This document shows, in pieces, positions 20,760 to 29,478 of a stretch of 64,000 nt of DNA. The notes beneath the pieces are model-generated. The model worked only from the letters and a program-made list of their open reading frames with translations. It had not been told where the DNA came from and did no database searches. Origin of the DNA: an uncultured delta proteobacterium (GTDB taxonomy: Bacteria; Desulfobacterota; Binatia; Binatales; Binataceae); the NCBI GenBank assembly GCA_963724765.1, contig CAVRVY010000001.1, positions 1,184,001 to 1,248,000 on the forward strand, written 5' to 3'. Each line of letters opens with the position of its first letter. Positions within the stretch are counted from its first letter, which is position 1. The translations under genes were made by a program, and so were the position numbers.

Positions 20760-22052
20760 ATGAGCTGGGATTTTGAAACCGAACCAGAGTTCCAAAAGGA
20801 ACTCGACTGGATCGATAAATTCGTACGCGAAGAAGTCGAGCCCCTCGACTACGTGCTGGAGTCGCCTTACGACGTCCGCGATGCGAATCGCAACAAGCTG
20901 GTGCGCCCGCTGCAAGCCGAGGTCCGCAAGCACAAGCTATGGGCCTGCCATCTCGAGCCGGAACTCGGCGGCCAGGGCTACGGCCAGGTCAAGCTCGCGC
21001 TGATGAACGAGATTCTCGGCCGCTCGCGTTTCGCGCCGACCGTTTTCGGCTGCCAGGCGCCGGATTCCGGCAATGGAGAGATTCTCGCCAAGTACGGCAC
21101 GCCCGAGCAGAAAAAACGTTACCTCGAGCCGCTGCTCGCCAACGACATCGTCTCGTGCTTCTCGATGACCGAGCCGCAGGGCGGCGCCGACCCCAAGGTC
21201 TTCACCACGCACGCCGAGTTGCATGGCGACAACTGGGTGATCAACGGCGAGAAGTGGTTCTCCTCCAACGCGCATTATTCCTCGTTCCTGATCGCGATGG
21301 TGGTTACGGACCCCGACGCGCCGACCTACAAGCGGCTCTCGACCTTCATTGTGCCGACCGACGCTCCGGGCGTGAGCATCGTGCGCCGCGTCGGCGTCGG
21401 CCAGGAGGCCAACGGCACCCACGCTTACGTCCGCTACCAGGACGTCCACGTGCCGAAGGACCATCTGCTGGGACCGCGCGGCGGCGGCTTCGTGGTCGCG
21501 CAGACGCGCCTTGGCGGCGGGCGGATTCATCATGCGATGCGCACTATCGGGCAGGTCCGCAAATCGTTCGACCAGATGTGCGAGCGTGCGCTCTCGCGCA
21601 CGACTCAGGGCTCTCTGCTGGCCGACAAGCAGATGGTGCAGGAGAAGATCGCGGACTCCTGGATCGACATCGAGCAGTTCCGCCTGCTGGTGTTGCGCAC
21701 AGCGTGGCGCATCGACAAGTACAAGGACTATCTCAAGGTGCGCAAGGACATCGCCGCCGTGAAGGCCGCGATGCCCAAGGTGTTCCACGACGTCGTGGTG
21801 CGCGCGCTGCAGGTCCACGGCTCGCTCGGGGTGACGGCGGAAATGCCTTACGCCGAGCAGGTGATGGAGAGTTTCGTGATGGGCCTGGCCGACGGTCCGA
21901 CCGAGGTCCACAAGATCACGCTCGCGCGCCAGGTGCTGCGCGATTACAAGGGCACCGCTGGCCTTTTCCCGACCGGTCACATTCCGGCGCTGCGCGAGGC
22001 CGCGATCCGGAAATTCGCCGACCGCATCGAACTCGAGGTGGCCGCGCAATGA
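20760..22052 (+). CDS. Acyl-CoA dehydrogenase (ACAD10/11-like)
   Basis: GCQAPDSGN, FSMTEPQGGADP, AQTRLGGGRIHHAMR and ADGPTEVHK. Start at MSWDFET after GGAGGAG. Confidence 0.95.
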   Translation: MSWDFETEPEFQKELDWIDKFVREEVEPLDYVLESPYDVRDANRNKLVRPLQAEVRKHKLWACHLEPELGGQGYGQVKLALMNEILGRSRFAPTVFGCQAPDSGNGEILAKYGTPEQKKRYLEPLLANDIVSCFSMTEPQGGADPKVFTTHAELHGDNWVINGEKWFSSNAHYSSFLIAMVVTDPDAPTYKRLSTFIVPTDAPGVSIVRRVGVGQEANGTHAYVRYQDVHVPKDHLLGPRGGGFVVAQTRLGGGRIHHAMRTIGQVRKSFDQMCERALSRTTQGSLLADKQMVQEKIADSWIDIEQFRLLVLRTAWRIDKYKDYLKVRKDIAAVKAAMPKVFHDVVVRALQVHGSLGVTAEMPYAEQVMESFVMGLADGPTEVHKITLARQVLRDYKGTAGLFPTGHIPALREAAIRKFADRIELEVAAQ

Positions 22053-22843
22053 CGACCCGTCCCGTGCAATACGATTTCAGCGGCAAGGTGGTAGTGATAA
22101 CCGGTGGCAGCCGCGGTATCGGCCACGCGATGGCGCTCGGGTTCGCGGCGGCTGGCGCCAAACTAGCGATCGCGAGTCGCAAGCTCGAGACTTGCGAGGC
22201 GACCGTCAAGGAGATCCGCTCGCTCGGCGCAGAGGGCTCGGCGCACGCCGCGCACGTCGGCAAATGGGAGGATTGTAACCGCCTCGCCGACGAGGTTTAC
22301 GCGCGCTGGGGGCGGGCCGACGTGCTGATCAACAATGCCGGCATCTCGCCGCTCGCGCCGTCTTCGGCGGAGACCAGCGAGGAGTTGTTCGACAAGATAG
22401 TCGGCGTAAATCTCAAGGGACCGTTTAGGCTCTCGGCGCTTTTCGGTTCGCGGATGGCGGCGGGCGAGGGCGGCGCGATCATCAATATCTCCTCGACCGC
22501 CGCGATACGGCCGGATCCGGAAACCGCGCCCTACGCGGCGGCCAAGGCCGGACTGAATATCCTGACCGTGGCCTTCGCCAAGGAGTACGGCCCCAAGGTG
22601 CGCGTGAATTGCATCATGTGCGGCCCCTTCCATACCGACATCAGCAAGGGATGGTCGCACACGGAAGATTTCGCCAAACGCGCGAAAGAAACTTTCCCGC
22701 TGCAGCGCGCCGGAGAGGCCAAAGAGGTCGTGGGCGCGGCGCTCTACTTCGCGAGCCCGGCCGCCAGCTACACTACCGGTGCGATACTGACGATCGACGG
22801 CGGCTCGGCGCATCTGATCGTGCGGACCACCTACGAGTCGTAA
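22049..22843 (+). CDS. Short-chain dehydrogenase/reductase
   Basis: TGGSRGIG, NNAG and YAAAK motifs. ATGA overlap with the ACAD stop; the upstream part of track ORF 20939 is a shadow. Confidence 0.93.
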   Translation: MTTRPVQYDFSGKVVVITGGSRGIGHAMALGFAAAGAKLAIASRKLETCEATVKEIRSLGAEGSAHAAHVGKWEDCNRLADEVYARWGRADVLINNAGISPLAPSSAETSEELFDKIVGVNLKGPFRLSALFGSRMAAGEGGAIINISSTAAIRPDPETAPYAAAKAGLNILTVAFAKEYGPKVRVNCIMCGPFHTDISKGWSHTEDFAKRAKETFPLQRAGEAKEVVGAALYFASPAASYTTGAILTIDGGSAHLIVRTTYES

Positions 22844-22920
22844 CAGAGCGGTCGGAACGCGTCCGGAAATTCGACCCGATAGAGGAGAACGTTGCGCGCG
22901 TACTGCGGCTTCTTTTCATA

Positions 22921-23070
22921 ACCTCTTCTTGACCTAGGAGAGGTCGCCACGAGCATCGCGAGCGGTGGGAGAGGTCAGTCCGAAGTGCCTTGGGTTACAG
23001 CCACTTCGAGCGGTTCGCGAAAATCCACCACCGGACATCTCCCTGACCCTCCCCTTGGACAAGGAGAGGG
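22921..23070. repeat. REP/MITE-like intergenic element with two CCTCT...AGAGG hairpins
   Basis: Hairpins acctcttct-tgacct-aggagaggt (22921-22944) and ccctccccttg-ga-caaggagaggg (23047-23070), plus inner complementarity gggagaggtc/gacatctccc. Lies between convergent genes. Confidence 0.6.
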
Positions 23071-23098
23071 CATTGTCAGTTACACAACGCGCCGCCGC

Positions 23099-24166
23099 TC
23101 AGTATTTCGCGATCACCTCGCGGGAGAACTCTTCGATCATCTCGCGGCCCTGCGGATAGACCACCTGGATTGCGACCTGCCGAAGTCCCGCCGTCTCCAT
23201 CGCCTTCAGCCGCGCGATTATCTCCTCGGCCGTGCCGGTCAGCGTGCTGGCGCGGATTATCGGATCGTCGAGATATTTTTCCTCGCCCGGCTTGAGATAG
23301 ATGAGATGGCCCTCGTGGACTTCGAGGTAGCGGCGATCCGCCGGCGTCTTCATTTTCGCCACGTACTCGTCGCGGTAGCGCTCCCATTGCTTCTGGAACG
23401 GCGAGGATGACGACGCCGTGATCGCGGATGCCTCCCACATCGCATGCAGCAGCACGACCGCGAACGGCCCGACGCGCTTGATCGCGCGCGGCGAGGCCGC
23501 CGACTCGCCGGGCTTGAGCACGCAGGCCGAGGTCAGCAGCATCGCGGGGAAGTTGCTAAGCTTGCGCCCGGCGCGCGCCGCGCCCGCCTCGATATGCTTG
23601 AAGTCGGCGCGGATGTGGTCGGGATCGGAGAGCGCGGTGATCCATCCGTCACCGATCTCGCCCGTGAGTTCGAGCGCCTTGGGTCCGTTGGCCGCGACGT
23701 GAATGGGAATCGGATCCTTGAGGTTGATATAGCCATGGTTGGGATGGAGAAAGCGGATCGCGCGCTCGCGCTTGCCCTCGCGGTACATCACTTCCTCGCC
23801 GCGCAGCAGCTTGCGGCACATCTCGATATACTCGCGCATCCGTTCGAGCTTGACCGGCGGCAGGCCCATCGTGTTGCGGCCGGTGAAGCCGGTACCGATC
23901 CCCAGCATCGTGCGCCCGGGCGCCATCAGGTTGATGGTTGCGATCGAGTGCGCGGTGACCGGCTCGATACGATTCGAGGGTATAGCCACTCCGGTGCCGA
24001 GCTTGATTCGCTTGGTATGCTCGGCGGCGAGCGCCAAGCATACGTAAACGTCGCTGTAGATCATCTGCGAATCGTAGAACCAGGCATGACTGAAGCCGTG
24101 GTCTTCGGCTATCACCAGGTCTTTCCAGGCGTCGGGGCGAGCCGGGTATGCGATTGCGAATTCCAT
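23099..24166 (-). CDS. LLM-class oxidoreductase (Mer-like subgroup), paralog of 19439-20521
   Basis: DSQMIYSD, LGTGVAI, APGRTMLGIGTG and AANGPKALE motifs. Start MEFAIAY after AGGAG. Confidence 0.9.
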   Translation of the reverse strand: MEFAIAYPARPDAWKDLVIAEDHGFSHAWFYDSQMIYSDVYVCLALAAEHTKRIKLGTGVAIPSNRIEPVTAHSIATINLMAPGRTMLGIGTGFTGRNTMGLPPVKLERMREYIEMCRKLLRGEEVMYREGKRERAIRFLHPNHGYINLKDPIPIHVAANGPKALELTGEIGDGWITALSDPDHIRADFKHIEAGAARAGRKLSNFPAMLLTSACVLKPGESAASPRAIKRVGPFAVVLLHAMWEASAITASSSSPFQKQWERYRDEYVAKMKTPADRRYLEVHEGHLIYLKPGEEKYLDDPIIRASTLTGTAEEIIARLKAMETAGLRQVAIQVVYPQGREMIEEFSREVIAKY

Positions 24167-24313
24167 AGCTCTTCTCTCCTTACGGCCGCGATTGATGCGG
24201 GCATGCATGCGCAAATCTGCCCGATACCAGCGTGCCGGCCGTGCATTTGTCAAGCGAGTGACGGCGCGAGATCCATGTTACCGGCGCGAGCGCCAGGGCT
24301 GACCGCGTAGCCG

Positions 24314-25489
24314 ATGGAAACCTTCGACGTCATCGTCTTGGGCGCCGGAGCGGCCGGGATGATGTGCGCGATGAGCGCGGGGCGCCGCGGCCGGCGCGTG
24401 CTGTTGCTCGAGCATGGCGCGGCGGCGGGCGCCAAAATTCTGATCTCCGGCGGCGGACGATGCAACTTCACCAACCTCGAGGTCACGCCCGAGCGCTTTC
24501 TCTCCGCCAACCCGCACTTCTGCAAATCCGCGCTCAGCCGCTACACCGAGCGCGACTTCATCGCGATGGTCGAGCGCCACCGTATCCGCTATCACGAGAA
24601 AACACTGGGGCAGCTCTTCTGCGACGGCTCGGCGCGCGAAATTCTCGCGATGCTGCTCGAGGAATGTGCGGTGGCCGCGGTCGACCTGCGCGTCGGCCAG
24701 CACGTCATCGCCGTCACCCGCGCCGACCGCTACCGCGTCGAGACCGACCGCGGCAGTTTCACCGCGCCGGCGCTGGTGATCGCGACCGGCGGGCTTTCGA
24801 TTCCGAAGATGGGCGCGAGCGGCTTCGCCTACGACCTCGCGCGCCGCTTCGGGCTTGGGGTAATCGATCCGCGGCCCGGGCTGGTGGGGCTCAAATTCGC
24901 GGGCGACATGCTCGCGCTTTACCGATCGCTAAGCGGCGTCTCGGTGGAGGCGGTCGTCTCATGTGGCCGGCAGAGCTTCCGCGAAAATATCCTGTTCACT
25001 CATCGTGGCCTTTCGGGCCCCGCGATTCTCCAGATCTCGTCGTACTGGCGCGAAGGCGACACGCTCTCGCTCGACCTCGCTCCCGGGCTCGAAGTCGAAA
25101 ACTTCCTGCGCGAGCGCAAACGGAGCCGTCCGAGGGCCGAGCTTAAGAGCGTGCTGGCCGAGCTTTTGCCGGCGCGCCTCGCGCACGCGATGGCGGAGGT
25201 AGTCGCGGTTGACGGGACGATGGCGAATCTCTCGGACCGCAGCCTCGCCGCGATAGCCGCGCGGCTCAAACGATGGCAGGTCGTGCCGGCGGACTCGGAG
25301 GGATGGTCGAAGGCCGAGGTCACGGTGGGCGGCATCGACACCGCGGCGCTGTCGTCCAAAACGATGGAGGCGCGCGAGGTCCGCGGACTTTACGTGATCG
25401 GCGAGGCGGTGGACGTCACGGGATGGCTCGGCGGGTACAATTTCCAGTGGGCGTGGTCGAGCGGCTGGTGCGCCGGGCAGGCGATATAA
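24314..25489 (+). CDS. HI0933/YhiN/BaiN-family FAD-dependent oxidoreductase
   Basis: GAGAAG, KILISGGGRCNFTN, ATGGLSIPKMGASG, LFTHRGLSGP and GGYNFQWAWSSG. Confidence 0.95.
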   Translation: METFDVIVLGAGAAGMMCAMSAGRRGRRVLLLEHGAAAGAKILISGGGRCNFTNLEVTPERFLSANPHFCKSALSRYTERDFIAMVERHRIRYHEKTLGQLFCDGSAREILAMLLEECAVAAVDLRVGQHVIAVTRADRYRVETDRGSFTAPALVIATGGLSIPKMGASGFAYDLARRFGLGVIDPRPGLVGLKFAGDMLALYRSLSGVSVEAVVSCGRQSFRENILFTHRGLSGPAILQISSYWREGDTLSLDLAPGLEVENFLRERKRSRPRAELKSVLAELLPARLAHAMAEVVAVDGTMANLSDRSLAAIAARLKRWQVVPADSEGWSKAEVTVGGIDTAALSSKTMEAREVRGLYVIGEAVDVTGWLGGYNFQWAWSSGWCAGQAI

Positions 25490-25525
25490 TTAAGGCGCGC
25501 TTTCGATTCTTCAGTTCAGGAGCAC

Positions 25526-25828
25526 TTAGTCGAAAGGTAGGGCACCAATTTCTTCTATCGTTTTGCTCTTGTGCTTGGAAAGAAACTCGTGAAGGCGCTG
25601 CTGTGTGGACTCGCTATCGACGTACAGATCGCCCTTAAGCGTCCGAGGCGGGGGCCCGTATCTCACGTTGATGGTTACAACGGTATTTCGGTCGATGAGG
25701 ATGTCGTCAACGCTTTCCAAAACAGCGGCCTTGCAAAAGCCGTCGGCGTCCCACGGCAGGCCGGATTTATCCTGCTTAATCACAGCGTTCCACTTTGGCG
25801 GCCAATAGCCGTGTTCACACAGCTTCAC
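25526..25828 (-). CDS. Small hypothetical protein (WPP-W ... TIEEIG type)
   Basis: 100-aa protein-like ORF with a GGGAGG RBS before the GTG start. Confidence 0.55.
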   Translation of the reverse strand: MKLCEHGYWPPKWNAVIKQDKSGLPWDADGFCKAAVLESVDDILIDRNTVVTINVRYGPPPRTLKGDLYVDSESTQQRLHEFLSKHKSKTIEEIGALPFD

Positions 25829-26364
25829 CGGCTAATCCCTCCCACGGATGCTGGTCCATGATTCTCGACGCTGCTCTTATCTGGCGCGTTCGCGTTTGAT
25901 TGTACCCTCAACCGTTAGGCGGCCTTAAGTGGGGGTTCATCCCGGATGTCCACACGCCTAGCTCGGCGGACAACGCGGCCACCAAGCCATCTGAACCGAA
26001 ACCGCGCACCCGCGCCGAGGTCGCCCGCGAGGCAGGCTGCCCGAGCGCAAGCTAGTAGCTATCACGATGGAGACAGAACCGTGCGGCGGGGTGTAGGACG
26101 TGGACGGTGAGGCTCAAGCGAAAGCGTTGCGCCTTCGGATGTACGTTTCTGGCTCCGAGTGCGCATATCTGATCGATCTCCCTGAAGGCAACAGGCCGCA
26201 GCGGCAACAGGCCGCAGCGAGATATCGAAGGAACAGCTTGGTCCGGCACGCTGCCGAGGAACACGCAGCGTGGCTGGAGGTGCTCGGGGTCACAGAGACT
26301 CCCGACGCCCGGTGAGGCCGCGCGCAAGGCGGTGCTCGCAAGATGGGTGAAGACGCCTGGATCA

Positions 26365-26470
26365 GCAGATCGTGCTGCCGTAATGACCTCCGTGATCCCG
26401 ATCACCTCAACCCGATGGTGGAAGTGTCTGCCATCTGCTGCGCGACGGTCGCGCAGCAGATAACTCCATT
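26365..26470 (-). pseudogene. rve-type integrase/transposase core fragment
   Basis: Minus strand reads YLLRDRRAADGRHFHHRVEVIGITEVITAARS, resembling the YLLRDRD..YG..F...GI.EV.TAPRSPWQN motif of these transposases. Confidence 0.55.
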
Positions 26471-26641
26471 ATTTGCCCCGTATTTGACGATTACCGATCC
26501 CCTTGCCTTAAGATCACGATTTTGGATAATCTGACTCATGAGTCTTTAATGTTGTCTTAAGACTCCCAAGCACTTCTATTCTATCATCTTGGGAAGCCAT
26601 CGCAGCCGGGGGGACCTTACGGCGAAGCGTGGAGATGTCTT

Positions 26642-27352
26642 ATGCAAAGTCAATCCTCCGAATTCCGTGCGCGCTTGGAACAGACCCTCGATTCGCGTGG
26701 ACTTCGCGCGGACCTAGCAACCGAAATCGAAGACCGTTTAACCCGCGCCACATATGAGAAGGGGGCAGTTATCTTCCTACGAGGCTCGCCAGCCGACCTT
26801 CTTTTCTGGCTCCTCAAAGGGGTCGTCAAGCTCTACTTGCCTCATCGCGACGGCAGCAGGACCTTGATAGACCTGGCAAGGCCGGGTGATTTTCTGGGTT
26901 TCGCCAATGGCGCGGACTCCATTGGTCGCCACCAGCTTCTCGAGGCGCAGGCCTTAACGAAATGCTCGGTAGGGTTGTTGACCCGTGAGCACCTGATGCG
27001 AGTCTTAGTCAAGCTGGATCATCAAACTGCGATTCACGCGCTCGAACAGCTTAATACAGCTTGGTCGACGATTTTCGAACGTTACATTAGCTTTATAGGC
27101 GCTTCATTCCGGACGCGATTCGAACTGGTGCTTACGAGCCTTGGCGCCCGTTTCGGCGTCGACGACAAGCGAGGAACTCTCATAGCTCTCGAGCTATGCC
27201 ACGAAGACCTAGCGGAAATGATTGGCTGTTCGCGGGCGATGGTCAGTAGGTTGATTGGTGACTTGACCAAGGAAGGTTTGCTGGTGTGCGGGGAGAAGCG
27301 GCGTCTCATCCTTCGGACGAAGGGGCTGCCATTAAGTAACGGCTCCCCCTGA
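26642..27352 (+). CDS. Crp/Fnr-family transcriptional regulator
   Basis: cNMP-binding domain (YEKGAVIF..G.PAD, KGVVKL, PGDFLG) and HTH HEDLAEMIGCSRAMVSRLI. Confidence 0.92.
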   Translation: MQSQSSEFRARLEQTLDSRGLRADLATEIEDRLTRATYEKGAVIFLRGSPADLLFWLLKGVVKLYLPHRDGSRTLIDLARPGDFLGFANGADSIGRHQLLEAQALTKCSVGLLTREHLMRVLVKLDHQTAIHALEQLNTAWSTIFERYISFIGASFRTRFELVLTSLGARFGVDDKRGTLIALELCHEDLAEMIGCSRAMVSRLIGDLTKEGLLVCGEKRRLILRTKGLPLSNGSP

Positions 27353-27467
27353 CCACCGTAAACTGTCAGTCCGGCCGAATGGTGGTTCCCGAACGGCTGC
27401 TGGCGCGCGCGTGTCCCTGTCAACCATTCCGGCACGTATAGATTCTCAGGGGGGTGTTCTCGACCTA

Positions 27468-27501
27468 GAAGCAATTCTTCCGAACACGAAGCAATTCTTC
27501 C
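27468..27501. promoter_or_regulatory. 14-bp perfect direct repeat GAAGCAATTCTTCC x2 upstream of the RfaH-like gene
   Basis: Copies at 27468-27481 and 27488-27501 (20-bp period). A regulatory role is inferred. Confidence 0.45.
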
Positions 27502-27588
27502 AGGCCGATGATTTAGTTCGGCCTAGTTTCTGTGTTTTTCGCGAAAGCAAACTAATTCTCTCAAGAAGCACCTCCGGAGGGCAGCTGT

Positions 27589-28080
27589 ATGTCTGCACCA
27601 TACTCTTGGTATTTGGTTAGAACGAAATCAAACAGAGAAACCTATGTTCGCGAGCAACTGTCGCACGTCGTTCCAGAAGCTTTCCTACCGATGTTAAAGC
27701 TGCCGCTGCCCCGAAACTCATCGGTGGTGCCGCTATTTCCGCAGTATATATTTGCCCGACTTGACCTTGTTACTCATTATTTCGAAATCCGGTACATGCC
27801 AGGTGTTATTGGATTCGTCTCAGCAGGTCCTGAACCCCTTGTCGTGTCCGAGGAGATCGTCGATAGCGTCCGCGCCCGGTGCACCGGCGGGGTTGTCCAG
27901 TTGAGCCCCAAGTCCTTACAGCTCGGGGAACACGTGCGCGTGGTCAAGGGACCGCTTCGCGACTTCGACGCGATTTTTGAAGGTTACTTGTCGGGAACCA
28001 AACGAGTCGCCATCCTCATCAGAACTGTCAAAGGACCCGGCCTGCGAGTGATTGCCGACGCGTCAATTGTTGCCAGATAG
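27589..28080 (+). CDS. NusG paralog (RfaH/UpxY-like) transcription antiterminator
   Basis: NGN domain (WYLVRTKS, PLFPQYIF, PGVIGFV) and KOW (GEHVRVVKGPL); GGAGG RBS. Confidence 0.9.
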   Translation: MSAPYSWYLVRTKSNRETYVREQLSHVVPEAFLPMLKLPLPRNSSVVPLFPQYIFARLDLVTHYFEIRYMPGVIGFVSAGPEPLVVSEEIVDSVRARCTGGVVQLSPKSLQLGEHVRVVKGPLRDFDAIFEGYLSGTKRVAILIRTVKGPGLRVIADASIVAR

Positions 28081-29012
28081 CAGACAGTGGAACGATGCGT
28101 GTCTTCAGATGGAAGCAGCAGTCACAGCGGTCGCAGTGCTTCAAAAATGGCATCGCTTGGTGGTCAGACGACTGAGCGGTGTTCCAGGTCGAAACCTGTA
28201 ACACTGTGGCACCGACACGGACCGCTTCGGTAGTGGGTAGCCTATCGTTCAGTTTCTGAATCGATAATAGAAGATTGCCGCTATTCTGTTTCCCGGTTCA
28301 CGGGCTAAGAGACTGTTTCATCTCCGACCGGGCACGGCACGACCCGCGGTGGATCCCCCACAGCTTTCGAAATTTATGACCTCTACGGCGAGAACCACTC
28401 AGCTGCAGCCCAAACGCGGCCGGGTTTTTCTATATCCAAGAGCGACACCATTGCACCGAATTGCGCTTATGTCTGATTTACCGGCTTAGCTGTGGGTCAC
28501 ATGTTTTGAAGTCCGCTTGTCTTTATCGAATCACTCTGCCGTTCGACATCGTACCTTCGCTTATCGTCATCCGCATCGCATCCATTGCTTCTCAATCTTG
28601 TGCCTTCTCGTACGTTTTACTAATTTCTCGTCTTACCCTCGAAAGTCGACAAATGCGTCTTGATCCTCTTCGCTCTCTCAGCTGAAGAGGGTGGTGGTGT
28701 CACGAGGGAATGTGCAGTGTGGCTCTTAACGTCTCGCAAAAGTTGAAATCCGAAAAAACGCAGCTCTGAATGAAAGCTAGCCTTGAGCGCGGGCTCAATT
28801 CACGTTGAGCGAGCGCGACCAACCGTCGCCAGGCATAAGGCCGCTGAAGAGCCCTTGACGGGGCGCAGTGGTGGCGGATTGCCGGCCGGTGAGTCGCATC
28901 ACAGCGCATTGCTTGTTGCAGTTCGACACGCCTGCAACCCCTTAATTTGCGCTGTGCGTAGTAAGGATTGGTAAGACAAAGAATAGACACTACCAGACGA
29001 ATCCTGACGTTA

Positions 29013-29027
29013 TGGCATGGAAATTGC
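29013..29027 (+). promoter_or_regulatory. Putative sigma-54 (-24/-12) promoter
   Basis: TGGCAT-GGAAA-TTGC matches TGGCAY-N5-TTGC exactly, about 450 bp upstream of the beta-helix gene. Confidence 0.5.
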
Positions 29028-29478
29028 GGCCACCGCCACCAGCGGGAAAGGAGCCGGACAGGTCCAAGGCGATGACTCCAGGTAGTGCTTCGTGGATATA
29101 GATAGGTTGATCAGGGTCTCTGATCCAGAAACTAGGACTGCTGACTATCGAATGTCTAGTCGATGCTATTTATTGCAGCACATTAGACTGTTTCATGATC
29201 TTTTCCCCCTTCGAGCCACCTACAGAAGCCTCGCAACCCTCCAATCTTTTCAGCGGCCCCTTGAAGCTCACGGTGTCGCGCCTTGGCAACGGTTCTCAGG
29301 CTACGTAGCCGAGCGCATATCCATATCCGGACATGTCCATTTCCGGCCATGTCAATACGCACATCACGCTTCTGCGCGACTGAGTCTGCTGGGGGGTGAG
29401 CACCTGCGGTCACAGGCATCACCCCGACGACTGCAAATATTCATTTCGTGAAACCTGCGTGCAAGGCCTGCGATCAAG

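Noticed and set aside
20939-22048. Apparent 634-aa SDR fusion
   Set aside because: The N-terminal part is an alternative frame of the ACAD gene; the real SDR starts at 22049.
25490-25530. Expected attL copy of the tRNA-Pro 3' end
   Set aside because: No match found by eye near the left island boundary.
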